Shown: positions 16,739 through 25,700, counted from the stretch's first letter. The stretch is DNA of 36,017 bases from an archaeon (GCA_023245755.1 JAHFJQ010000001.1:1-36017); one strand, 5' to 3'. The notes: a model not told the origin generated them from the letters alone. Numbers and translations are program-made.

Positions 16739-17816
16739 GACCTAAAAAACGAACAAATTCTTCTGAACCTTGCGCATGAAGAGCACGAGTTTTGACTTTT
16801 CCTTGGTAAAGAGCAAGATCTCGAAAAAATTCCGTGAATGCTCTCTCTACACCTTTCACAGAACTATCGTGACTCACAAAGATAGTATCTTCAAGGGCAT
16901 AGGCATTGAGAACTTGTTCAACATGATCCTGAATTGGAAAACAAAGGATAGGTTTTCTATACACTAATGCTTCTGTAAGTGTTTTCTGCCCAGCAAGAGT
17001 CATAATCCCTTTAGAGACTTTAAGATATTTCAAAAAGTCTGGAGTAAATTTAATATAGGCTACATTTTTCGGCAAGGAAATATCTAAATCCCCACCAAAG
17101 ATAATGAAGGATTCCGTGGGGAATTTATGAGCCATCATACATACATGTTTTGCAAGTTTAGTCCCAAATTCAGAGCCTGCAAGCATAACCAAAAAAGGTT
17201 TTTTCTTTAAATGCAACTGTTTCATCAAAACCTCTTCACTAGGTAAACTTTCTGGAAGCTGATGAAGAACAGGATCTATATAAGTATACAAAAGATGTTT
17301 TTCTTTTTTACGCCTAAACGTAGGAATAAGAACAAGGTCTGCCTCATCATACAATTTTTCAAAATACACAGCTTCAAATTTCATTTTATAATTCACAGAG
17401 TGTGTTTTTGCATATTGTTTATAGAGTAAAGGATCAAAGCCAAATACAACAATACATTTTTTGCCTAACACTTTTGCAAGAGAAAGGCCCACAGGCTCAA
17501 AATCACTCACAATAACATCCGGGATAAAATTAAACGCATGCAAACGAACTTTCAAAGTCCCAATAAACCAAAAAAATGGGAGAAACATATTTCTAAAAGC
17601 AAAGTTCCAAACATTAACCTTCATAGACTTTCCAGGGAGCTTATATCCGCGAATACGAATGGTAGGAAATTTATCCTTAAAATATCTATACGAGTTATCA
17701 TACCCTGCAACCATTATATGAGATTTAGGATATTTTCTCTTCAATGCTAAGATATTAGAATGTTCTCTTGTAGCATCACCATAGCCAATTCCTGATACAA
17801 CAAACAAGATTTTCAT
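16722..17816 (-). CDS. Glycosyltransferase, MurG/GT28-like (MJ1255-type)
   Basis: MKILFVVSGIGYGDATREH N-terminal Gly-rich loop, two Rossmann halves, C-terminal AGQKTLTEAL. Its ATG overlaps the stop of the LmbE-like gene (ATGA). Confidence 0.7.
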   Translation of the reverse strand: MKILFVVSGIGYGDATREHSNILALKRKYPKSHIMVAGYDNSYRYFKDKFPTIRIRGYKLPGKSMKVNVWNFAFRNMFLPFFWFIGTLKVRLHAFNFIPDVIVSDFEPVGLSLAKVLGKKCIVVFGFDPLLYKQYAKTHSVNYKMKFEAVYFEKLYDEADLVLIPTFRRKKEKHLLYTYIDPVLHQLPESLPSEEVLMKQLHLKKKPFLVMLAGSEFGTKLAKHVCMMAHKFPTESFIIFGGDLDISLPKNVAYIKFTPDFLKYLKVSKGIMTLAGQKTLTEALVYRKPILCFPIQDHVEQVLNAYALEDTIFVSHDSSVKGVERAFTEFFRDLALYQGKVKTRALHAQGSEEFVRFLGLTLEK

Positions 17817-18430
17817 CGCAACTTGTAAAACCTCTCTGCATATTTACAATTATTTTTTCTTCCGTAAATCAAGGAACGAATCAATGCCGGAAAATATAAT
17901 GTAAACATATACACCCATTGACTTTTAAACATTTTGATGTACGTCAATTTAATATCAATATAAGGAGTAATATCCACATACACCTGGGGGTGAGTTTCAC
18001 GAATAACATTCCAGACCTCAAAAGCATATACAGGATAATGTCTTTTCAAAGACTTTACCACTTCTAAAACAATAGCGTTAACTGCCTGATGATCAGGATG
18101 GGGGTCTAATCCTGAAGGCACATAAATTTTTTCAGGCCGAGTAAGCATAATAATTTCCCTCAATCTTTTTGCAACAAAAGGTTTCTGTACCTCTTGCTTA
18201 AGTTTCGTATCTTTCAATCCTAAATTTTTATCATCAGCAATACCAATGTATTCACTAGCCTTATCTGTCTCTTTAAATCGTGCTTTTTTTAGAAACTCTT
18301 CTTGTAGATGAGGAATACTCTTTTCTCCATGAGAAAAAACAACTTTAATGACTTTTTTTTCTTCAGCAACATACTTTGCAATAGTACCAGCCATCCCTAT
18401 AGCTTCATCATCCGAACTACGAATGGGCAC
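17813..18430 (-). CDS. PIG-L/LmbE family N-acetylglucosaminyl deacetylase (5' end apparently frameshifted; see finding)
   Basis: SSDDEAIGMAGTIAKY and DPHPDHQAVN motifs of the LmbE family. The longest ORF starts at GTG 18430 and lacks the first metal-binding His. A 10-codon ORF (ATG 18452, with AAGGAGGTG SD) encodes MGSILIFCAHS in another frame. Confidence 0.7.
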   Translation of the reverse strand: MPIRSSDDEAIGMAGTIAKYVAEEKKVIKVVFSHGEKSIPHLQEEFLKKARFKETDKASEYIGIADDKNLGLKDTKLKQEVQKPFVAKRLREIIMLTRPEKIYVPSGLDPHPDHQAVNAIVLEVVKSLKRHYPVYAFEVWNVIRETHPQVYVDITPYIDIKLTYIKMFKSQWVYMFTLYFPALIRSLIYGRKNNCKYAERFYKLR

Positions 18431-18577
18431 AAAAAATTAAAATACTGCCCATAATCAAACCACCTCCTTTACTACCCCAAGAAAAGATTTTTTCACTCTG
18501 TTTAAGGAGATTTGGGTTTTAATAAAAGAGAGACTATTCATACCATAATACAAAGAAGGTAAATATATAAACTTTTT

Positions 18578-18832
18578 CTAATCCAGTCCCGTATTCAGAA
18601 TATTTTGCAAAGCAGCATAATCTCTAGATGTAGGTCTTCCCTCGTACAAGTCTCCACAATCAGGACATCTCATAGAAATTTCTAGTCTTCCCCTAAAATA
18701 ACAACGACCATACTCTCTTGCATGAGGATGCCCCAATTCTTCACAAGAAGCGATTTCTAAACGACGTCTTTCTAAACTTTTTCCAATACGAGCAAGAAGT
18801 TCAGGGGTAAGAACAAGAGCATCAAGATCCAT
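18578..18832 (-). CDS. Hypothetical small Cys/His zinc-ribbon-like protein
   Basis: 84-aa ORF with SCEELGHPH...C...RCPDCGD. No family assigned. Confidence 0.4.
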   Translation of the reverse strand: MDLDALVLTPELLARIGKSLERRRLEIASCEELGHPHAREYGRCYFRGRLEISMRCPDCGDLYEGRPTSRDYAALQNILNTGLD

Positions 18833-18868
18833 AAAGGAAACACAATGCTAAAAACTATATAAGTGTTT

Positions 18869-20896
18869 TCAAGATAAATCTATTTCTCTTCTACGAAGGA
18901 ATTTCCAAGCAACAAAACCTCCCCCTAAAATGAGGAGTACAGAAAGACCAATAATCACAAAAGTCACAACAGTAAAACTACTTTCAGCAGGAGCAGAGAT
19001 ACTACTACCATCACTAGAACTTTCAGAAGAAGTACTATCAACTTCTGGTGCAGCAAGAGTATTACCATCAAGAGTAACTCCAAGCTGCATAGTTGATCCT
19101 ATCTCAGAATAGACACCAATGTAAATAGTTTGAGAACCATCATAACTTATAGCGGCAGGGTCCGATGAAGAAGAGAATTCATTTGGTTGACATCCACTAA
19201 AAGTTCCACAAGAGTTATACCAAGTATCTTCAGGAGCAGCTAACTTTCCACTATCAATCACTTGATCACCATCTTCTTCCACATCAATAAGTTTATGATC
19301 AACATCCCCATTCACCGTATTGCATGTCCATCGTGAACCAGAGCAGCCATTCCAAGAACCGGTTTCTTCCATAACCGTTTCATCAATATGCCAAATAAGA
19401 ACTCCCCCGGAACTATCCCCACTTAAAAGCTCTGCTTCATGTCTATTTTCAACAAAGAACAATTCCTCTTCAGACACTGGAAGCGCATAATATCGTATTC
19501 CAGAAGATGCAGTATCCTCAACAAGAGTATAATAATCATTTGTTTCTATTTTTTGATAATTACTTTCGCTCAGCCAGCCTAAATATGCCTTAGACCAAGG
19601 ATCAAAACTTCCAGGAGGATCCATATATCCCCCATACCCCATAATGCTCCATTCTGCCGTACCTTTGGAAGTACCATCATCAGGCACAGTATCATACAGA
19701 TCAGGCAGTCCCAAGTAATGTCCAAACTCATGCGCAACAATACCTACGGGACTTTCTTCACTCACCGTTTCATAATCAACAATTTGTACACCGTCTACCG
19801 TTACAGGAATAATACTATAATAGTGTGACCAAATATCCGCACCATTTCCTCCACCATTTTCATCGGGTTCTCCTGCATGCACAACAAAAAGTCCATCAAC
19901 AATACCATCAGCATCATAATCATACTGCGAGAAATCAACATCAGGATCAGCAGCCTCAATTGCACTAGTAATCATTTCTTCCACATTAGCCTCATAATCA
20001 TCTCCATAATATGCCATATCTTCAGTCAAAGTATACCATGTAGGAAGCACAGTTCCTCTAATGTTCAAAGCACCATAGGATTGATCATAATAATAACTCG
20101 CAAGGCTATCTGTATCACCAAAAAAGTTCTGATAAAGTTCATCCGTAGAAACAGAAGCTTCTGTATCCGGAAATTGTACAGGAATTACAATTGCACCTAG
20201 CTCCTTTTGATCATAGGCCGTTTCATATACAGCTTGCCCAGTAAAGATAATAATCGGTTTTGGTTCTTTTCGTGGAGGAGGAGGAAGTTCACCCTGTTGC
20301 TGCTGTTGTTGTAAATTTGGATCATAATAGGTATAAGCACCATTGGGTTCTTCTTTAACCCCGTATCCATTTTGCGTATTTGCAAAAGTTCTTTGTTGAT
20401 TATACATATCATACAAAGGTTTTTGTTGAGGAGCAGGTCGTAGTGGACGAACTTGCCTAATAGTATCATAGCCACAAACAATTCCCTCATCTTGAATCTG
20501 TTGTGCACGCAAATCTGTTTTAAAAGCAAAATTTGTATCTGCCTCTATATACCCAGTCGAAGTAAATTTTCCTAAGTAGGGTTTTGGTTTGCCCGTAGTC
20601 GTATCTTTTTGAAAGACAATAGGACACTGGCTTTGTTTTTCATACACTTCAGAATAGTCATGATCTCCTTGCTGCTCAAACACAGTTTTTCCAAGATCAG
20701 TATCAGGATTATTAAAACGTTCTTTGTCATGTGAATATAAAGGCCCAGTAGGGTTTCCATCACTATCCACAGCAACAGGAACCCATGAACCATCAGCAGA
20801 AAGAATAGAATAAGGCGCAGCAGGTACGGCATAAGCAAGAGGGACTAACAGTAGAATAAATACAAAAACAAAGACCCCTCTTTTCATGTATCTCAT
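18869..20896 (-). CDS. Secreted, membrane-anchored M6 (immune inhibitor A-like) zinc metalloprotease
   Basis: N-terminal signal peptide, poly-Q/Pro linker, GIVAHEFGHYLGLPDLYD (HExxH + PDxYD), Ser-rich stalk, and C-terminal TM helix plus RRRE tail. Confidence 0.8.
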   Translation of the reverse strand: MRYMKRGVFVFVFILLLVPLAYAVPAAPYSILSADGSWVPVAVDSDGNPTGPLYSHDKERFNNPDTDLGKTVFEQQGDHDYSEVYEKQSQCPIVFQKDTTTGKPKPYLGKFTSTGYIEADTNFAFKTDLRAQQIQDEGIVCGYDTIRQVRPLRPAPQQKPLYDMYNQQRTFANTQNGYGVKEEPNGAYTYYDPNLQQQQQQGELPPPPRKEPKPIIIFTGQAVYETAYDQKELGAIVIPVQFPDTEASVSTDELYQNFFGDTDSLASYYYDQSYGALNIRGTVLPTWYTLTEDMAYYGDDYEANVEEMITSAIEAADPDVDFSQYDYDADGIVDGLFVVHAGEPDENGGGNGADIWSHYYSIIPVTVDGVQIVDYETVSEESPVGIVAHEFGHYLGLPDLYDTVPDDGTSKGTAEWSIMGYGGYMDPPGSFDPWSKAYLGWLSESNYQKIETNDYYTLVEDTASSGIRYYALPVSEEELFFVENRHEAELLSGDSSGGVLIWHIDETVMEETGSWNGCSGSRWTCNTVNGDVDHKLIDVEEDGDQVIDSGKLAAPEDTWYNSCGTFSGCQPNEFSSSSDPAAISYDGSQTIYIGVYSEIGSTMQLGVTLDGNTLAAPEVDSTSSESSSDGSSISAPAESSFTVVTFVIIGLSVLLILGGGFVAWKFLRRREIDLS

Positions 20897-20943
20897 TTAT
20901 ATCTCCAGGAAATTTAAAGGTTTCTGTAAGAAACAAGCACTTT

Positions 20944-21699
20944 CTACTCAAAAAACAAAAGTAAGACCATAACACCTATTCCTGCGAAAAGACAAACAAG
21001 TTGTAAAAAGGAACGAAGAGAATTTGGTTCTCCTCTATGCAATTCAGGAATAAGATCTGATCCAGCAATATAAATAAATCCACCTGCAGCGAAGGGAACA
21101 AACAGGGAAGTAAATCCTTCTAAGCGCTGTGCCAGAAGTAAAGAAATAATAACACCGAGAACCGAAGTCAAAGCAGTAAGAAAATTATAAAAGATAGCCT
21201 TAGGTTTTGAAAAGCCACCATGAATAAGAACACCAAAATCACCAATTTCCTGAGGGATTTCATGAAAAACAACCGCAATAGTCGTTGCAACTCCAACAGG
21301 AATACTTACAATATAACTTGCCCCAATAATTAAACCATCAAGAAAATTATGTGCAGCATCTCCTAAAAGATTCATATAGGCAAAGGTATGTATATGCCTT
21401 TTAGAATTTGGCAAATGGCAATGAATCCACTGCAAGAAAGCTTCTACAACAAAGGAAAAGAGAATTCCCAAAAGGATTGCAAAGGAAACTTGCAAGGTAA
21501 AACCATTGACTGCAACAGCTTCAGGGAGTAAATGAATAAAAGCATCACCCAAAAGAGCACCTGCAGAAAAGCTCACAAGATAAAGAAGGATTTTTTTGAG
21601 ATTGCTATCCGAAAGACTTAAAGTAAGCACACCTACAAGAGATACAAAGCTCACAATAAAAACACTCACAATGGCATATGTCCAGATTTCTAAGCTCAT
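20944..21699 (-). CDS. ZIP family divalent-metal (zinc) transporter
   Basis: Eight hydrophobic segments and the signature HEIPQEIGDFGVLIHGG. HNFLDGL motif. Confidence 0.85.
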   Translation of the reverse strand: MSLEIWTYAIVSVFIVSFVSLVGVLTLSLSDSNLKKILLYLVSFSAGALLGDAFIHLLPEAVAVNGFTLQVSFAILLGILFSFVVEAFLQWIHCHLPNSKRHIHTFAYMNLLGDAAHNFLDGLIIGASYIVSIPVGVATTIAVVFHEIPQEIGDFGVLIHGGFSKPKAIFYNFLTALTSVLGVIISLLLAQRLEGFTSLFVPFAAGGFIYIAGSDLIPELHRGEPNSLRSFLQLVCLFAGIGVMVLLLFFE

Positions 21700-21732
21700 A
21701 AAGACTGAAAGGCATAATCTATTTAAATAGCT

Positions 21733-21753
21733 TATTGATTCTCAATATCAATA
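21733..21753. promoter_or_regulatory. Candidate Fur/Zur operator (nested palindromes)
   Basis: TATTGAT-TCTCAAT-ATCAATA. The outer arms are exact reverse complements, and the inner ATTGA-TTC-TCAAT is also palindromic. It sits in the 54-nt spacer between the divergent ZIP and Fur-family genes. Confidence 0.4.
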
Positions 21754-22128
21754 GTGAGACAAACAAAACAAAAAGAAACATTGGAAGAAGAAATAAAAAA
21801 GAAGAACACGTTCTTTACAGCAGAAGATTTCTTTAAGGACATACAAAAAAAGAAAAGAAAGATAGGTATAGCCACAATCTATCGATTTCTCAATGAAAAA
21901 GTAAAAAAGAATGAATTACACTCCTATAGCTGTAATAGAAGAACATTGTTTTCTACAGAAAAGAAAACACACGCACATTTCTCCTGTGAAGTCTGTAAAA
22001 CACAAAAACATCTAGAGATAAAAAATGTAGACTTTCTCAAAAATGAAATTAGTGGAGAAGTTTGCCATTTCCAATTGGATATTACAGGTGTATGTGAAAA
22101 ATGCTTGAAAAAAGAAAAAAGGTTCTGA
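21754..22128 (+). CDS. Fur family transcriptional regulator (Zur-like)
   Basis: Winged-helix IATIYRFLNE, then HAHFSCEVC...GVCEKC metal-site cysteines. GTG start. Divergent from the ZIP transporter. Confidence 0.7.
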   Translation: MRQTKQKETLEEEIKKKNTFFTAEDFFKDIQKKKRKIGIATIYRFLNEKVKKNELHSYSCNRRTLFSTEKKTHAHFSCEVCKTQKHLEIKNVDFLKNEISGEVCHFQLDITGVCEKCLKKEKRF

Positions 22129-22141
22129 AATCTGTCAGGAT

Positions 22142-22160
22142 TTCTGAAAATATTTCAAAA
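22142..22160. repeat. Palindromic intergenic motif copy B (TTCTGAAAATATTTCAAAA) preceded by a degenerate copy at 22123..22138
   Basis: TGAAA-ATA-TTTCA. The upstream TTCTGAAATCTGTCAG overlaps the Fur-gene stop codon. Confidence 0.55.
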
Positions 22161-22172
22161 TTTTTTTGTAAA

Positions 22173-22188
22173 GCTTTTTGAATATAAT
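22173..22188 (+). promoter_or_regulatory. Orphan tRNA-Leu-type BRE/TATA promoter facing the rtcB 3' end
   Basis: By hand alignment, 22142..22207 matches the tRNA-Leu(UAA) upstream module 32285..32350 at 55 of the first 60 positions, including GCTTTTTGAATATAAT. Confidence 0.45.
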
Positions 22189-22207
22189 TTTTCTAAAGAA
22201 GAATACG

Positions 22208-22259
22208 ATGGATTAATCTCTCCAGGTACTGCAAGCTTGGGTAATATTAAATGAATGCC
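22208..22259 (+). other. Degenerate tRNA-Leu 5' fragment or unknown short transcript downstream of the orphan promoter
   Basis: GATGGATTAATCTCTCCAGGTAC aligns with GCTGGAGTCGCCTAACCTGGTAG of tRNA-Leu(UAA) at 14 of 23 positions. No complete cloverleaf can be folded. Confidence 0.25.
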
Positions 22260-25232
22260 CTATCCCTTCACTACACCAAGGGGTTTCAATTGCACAACAA
22301 TCTTGCCAATACCAGCTTCATCACTCACAGAAACAACTTCATCAACGTTCTTATATGCACCAGGAGCTTCTTCACTAATTCCTTTCCAAGATGCAGCTTT
22401 AATAAAAATATGTTCTTTTTCAAGATCTTTCTTTACCTGCTCACCTGTCCAAGTATTATTTGCAGTATGTCGTGACATCAGTCGTCCAGCACCATGTGCA
22501 GTACTCCCAAAACTTTCAGCCATAGCCCCTTCTGTTCCAACAAGAATATACGAAGAGGTCCCCATACTTCCAGGCAGTAAAATAGGCTGTCCTACTTTTT
22601 GATACTTCTTTGGAACTTCTGCTCGTCCAGGCCCAAATGCTCGTGTCGCACCTTTTCTATGGACATACACTTCACAGCTTTCACCATCAATAACATGGGT
22701 TTCTAATTTTGCAATATTGTGTGCTACATCATACAAAGTAGTCAATTCTACTTTCTCTCCAAATACTTCTTTGAATGCTGTTCGTACTTGATGCCCAATG
22801 ATATGTCGATTAGCCCATGCAAAATTCGCAGCAGCACACATAGCACCATAGTAATCCTTTGCTAACTGACTCTGTGCAGGGGCATAAATTAAATCCCTAT
22901 CAGGAAGCGTTTTCACAATATCTGGAAAAGTATCCTCCATCAATCGTAAATAATCTGAACAGACTTGATGGCCTAATCCTCGTGAACCACAATGAATCAT
23001 AAGAACAATTTGCCCTTCTTCAAGTCCAAAAGTTTTTGCTGCATCTTTATGAAAAACTTTTCGTACTTCCTGTACTTCAAGAAAATGATTTCCTGCACCA
23101 AGTGTTCCTAACTGCCCTATTCCTCGTTCTCGTGCTTTTCTACTGACTTTACTTGGATCAGCACCAGGCATTTTTCCACCTTCTTCACAAAACTCAAGAT
23201 CTTCTTTGCTCCCATACCCACGAGATACAGCCCAAGCTGCACCATCACGTAAAACATCATCTAATTCTTTGGTACCCACCTTCACTTGTGATCGTCTTCC
23301 TACTCCAGGAGGAACATGAGTAAAAATAGCATCTAAGAGCTGTTGTATTTTGGGCTCAACATCTTTTTTGGTAAGGTTTGTTCGCAAAACTCGTACACCA
23401 CAGTTAGAAACAACCATATTTTCTGCAATAAAATTATGATCCCTATCATTCATAGTTACATCATAGACCATTCCATCATAAGGAACTAAGTGTATAGACG
23501 AAATTTCTGACCATGCTAACCCTTCATCACCCCAAGCATATTTTTTACAATAATCCTCAAACTTTAAACAAGAAAGAGCAATACGAACATTTTCTTTGTC
23601 TTCATACAAGGATCGTTCTATAAACCTTTCATTAACGTATTCTCCTTTAAGAGTACTCATAATAACTTGAGGAGGGAACATATACTCTTTCATAGCTTTA
23701 GCTCTTTGACGTGCTTTTAAACGAATATGCAAAACCTGTTCTTTATATCGGGCATAGTGAGCAGTAAGCATAGCAAGGCGTTGTTTTTCTTTATGATACT
23801 CAAAACCAACAGTCTCCAAAAAACGAAGATGATTTTCAGGATTTGTCTGAATCAATATCCTCCAGCCTGTTGTTTCTCCATCAACACTATCATATGTATA
23901 ACCGTCTACAGGAACGGGTTCACAACTAGTAACCTGAAACGCAGCAAGAAGAGTTCGAATATCATTGAGAAATTCTAAAGCATTCTTTTCAAGACTTCTT
24001 AATTTATTCATACCAAGACTATATTCCATAAAATTATACCCATTATTACTTTTGGGAGAAGAAAGTTCAGCACCAAAAAAAGAAGCCAAAAATAATCTCT
24101 GTTGCCACAAAGGAGCATTCATAACCCAAGTAGGAACACGATACTCTTGTGTCGTTTTTTTCCCAACAGGACATCCTAAAGCAACTAAGAGAGCAAAGAA
24201 GCCTGTTGCTTTTTTTTGCAAACTATACTCAGTAACAGAGAATTCATTCACTCCATATCGTGTTTTTATCTTATGCTCTCTTTCTCTATGATAAACCCCA
24301 AATCCTGTAATGCCAATATTTTGTAAATCCTTTTGAATGGTAAGCAGATCTTCTTCTTTTCCATAACAACTAACGACCCCTTGAGAAGAGAAATAAATAG
24401 TTCCATCTCCAAAAAGAATACCTAAAAACTTTAAAAGAACAGGAAGTTGTGGAGAATTATAACGCAAAGGAAGAATATTTAATTCTTTAAGAGAATGAAG
24501 AATTTGTTTTCTGGCATTACCTATATCAGTAATCTGAAAGATATCAAGAACAGAGAGTATATCATCTTCACTAACAAGGATATCATCACTAGGCTCTTCA
24601 TATTCTACACCTTTAAACGAAGAAATCAGTAAAGTATCCTCTTTCGAAAGTTCTTCAGCTCTTTTCATTCCATTTTGTGTAAACAAAGGATGATCATCTG
24701 TAACTTGAATGGTATGACCAGTCTTTGTTCGAATTTCAAAAAGAACACCAGAGCCAGGTTTTTTCATAAATGCTAATAGTTTACTATCCTTAAGTTGCTT
24801 TGTTGTAAAATCAGAATGACGTAAATGAAGGGTATTCCATTTTTGCTCAAGATCTTTAATCTGTAACCATGTACCATATTGTAAAGAAACTTTACTATCA
24901 TCTTTAAGACAGTTAATATCAAATCCAATTCCCCCAGGACTAATACAACCCGTTTTCGCATCAATAGCTGCAACGCCCCCAATACTAAACCCATAGCCTT
25001 GGTGAGCATCCGGCATCATAACAGAATGTCCTTTAATTCCTGGAAGGGTTGCAACATGTACACCTTGACAAATACACGTATCCTCTAACATCTTTTGCAT
25101 GAGCTTTTCATCAGCAAAAATCTTCACAGGAACTTTCATATCTCCCTGCTTTTCAATAATATAAGAATAATGATTCAACTTCTTGGGTTGAATATGCATA
25201 ACTGTTCCATCTTTTTTTTTGCAGTCTACCAT
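22260..25232 (-). CDS. rtcB: tRNA-splicing/RNA 3'-phosphate ligase RtcB, interrupted by one intein
   Basis: Exteins carry RtcB signatures: MPDAHQGYGF, GGIGFDIN|CGVRVLRTN, GAGNHFLEVQ, HCGSRGLGHQ, HRKGAT, PGSMG, STAHGAGR. The ORF is open from 25268, but ATG 25232 lies 2 nt after the archease stop and gives a normal RtcB N-terminus. Confidence 0.95.
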   Translation of the reverse strand: MVDCKKKDGTVMHIQPKKLNHYSYIIEKQGDMKVPVKIFADEKLMQKMLEDTCICQGVHVATLPGIKGHSVMMPDAHQGYGFSIGGVAAIDAKTGCISPGGIGFDINCLKDDSKVSLQYGTWLQIKDLEQKWNTLHLRHSDFTTKQLKDSKLLAFMKKPGSGVLFEIRTKTGHTIQVTDDHPLFTQNGMKRAEELSKEDTLLISSFKGVEYEEPSDDILVSEDDILSVLDIFQITDIGNARKQILHSLKELNILPLRYNSPQLPVLLKFLGILFGDGTIYFSSQGVVSCYGKEEDLLTIQKDLQNIGITGFGVYHREREHKIKTRYGVNEFSVTEYSLQKKATGFFALLVALGCPVGKKTTQEYRVPTWVMNAPLWQQRLFLASFFGAELSSPKSNNGYNFMEYSLGMNKLRSLEKNALEFLNDIRTLLAAFQVTSCEPVPVDGYTYDSVDGETTGWRILIQTNPENHLRFLETVGFEYHKEKQRLAMLTAHYARYKEQVLHIRLKARQRAKAMKEYMFPPQVIMSTLKGEYVNERFIERSLYEDKENVRIALSCLKFEDYCKKYAWGDEGLAWSEISSIHLVPYDGMVYDVTMNDRDHNFIAENMVVSNCGVRVLRTNLTKKDVEPKIQQLLDAIFTHVPPGVGRRSQVKVGTKELDDVLRDGAAWAVSRGYGSKEDLEFCEEGGKMPGADPSKVSRKARERGIGQLGTLGAGNHFLEVQEVRKVFHKDAAKTFGLEEGQIVLMIHCGSRGLGHQVCSDYLRLMEDTFPDIVKTLPDRDLIYAPAQSQLAKDYYGAMCAAANFAWANRHIIGHQVRTAFKEVFGEKVELTTLYDVAHNIAKLETHVIDGESCEVYVHRKGATRAFGPGRAEVPKKYQKVGQPILLPGSMGTSSYILVGTEGAMAESFGSTAHGAGRLMSRHTANNTWTGEQVKKDLEKEHIFIKAASWKGISEEAPGAYKNVDEVVSVSDEAGIGKIVVQLKPLGVVKG
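23403..24911 (-). mobile_element. Intein (503 aa) with LAGLIDADG homing-endonuclease domain inside rtcB
   Basis: Begins with Cys (CLKDDSKVSL) right after GFDIN. Block B is TDDH. Two LAGLIDADG motifs (LLKFLGILFGDGTIYF, FLASFFGAELSSP). Ends ...FIAENMVVSN, followed by the +1 Cys of CGVRV. Junction codons were checked on the sequence. Confidence 0.9.
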
Positions 25233-25234
25233 TT

Positions 25235-25663
25235 TTATATATCTAACACCATTTGTATAGTCACGCACGTTTTTTCTTCTTTTATAAACATATCGTTATA
25301 GGTACTCGACTTAATTTGTGTAATAATTTCATACTGGTCACCACTATCTCCAAGAACGACAGCAAGAAGAGACAGACCCTTTGTTGTTTCAGTAATACGT
25401 AAAGATTCTACCTGAGCTAAAAGAAAACCTTCTGTATCAACAAAGAATAAAAGTTCTTGAATGAAATCATAGAGAAGTGTTTCTTTGGATTTTGCTTTGA
25501 CAGAGACCTTTTTCTTTTTCTTGGCTTTTACTTTTGTAATATCCGTCATCGTTGCAAAAGTAGCAAGGGCAGCATGAGAAAATGCCTCATCAAGTGTTTT
25601 CCCATAAGCAAGAAATTTCACATCAGCAGTATGAGGAAGAAAAGTGTATTTTTGCATAGACAT
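25235..25663 (-). CDS. Archease (RtcB activator)
   Basis: YTFLPHTADVKFLAYGKTLDEAFSHAALA and C-terminal KSSTYNDMFI...VTIQMVLDI match the archease family. Sits immediately upstream of rtcB. Confidence 0.9.
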   Translation of the reverse strand: MSMQKYTFLPHTADVKFLAYGKTLDEAFSHAALATFATMTDITKVKAKKKKKVSVKAKSKETLLYDFIQELLFFVDTEGFLLAQVESLRITETTKGLSLLAVVLGDSGDQYEIITQIKSSTYNDMFIKEEKTCVTIQMVLDI

Positions 25664-25700
25664 CTAAAAAGAAGGAAGGTATAAAAAGCTTTTTAAAGAA

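Noticed and set aside
18417-18430. Programmed +1 ribosomal frameshift at UCG-UAG-U in the LmbE-like gene
   Set aside because: The P-site codon UCG cannot re-pair in the +1 frame, and there is no prfB-like slippery context. The product AHSSSDDE would also disrupt the AHxDDE metal motif. A 7-nt insertion or an assembly error explains it better.
20230-20330. Poly-Q/poly-P tract (QQQQQQGELPPPPRKEPKP) in the M6 protease as a possible repeat element
   Set aside because: It is an in-frame low-complexity linker between protease domains, not a nucleotide-level repeat with independent structure.
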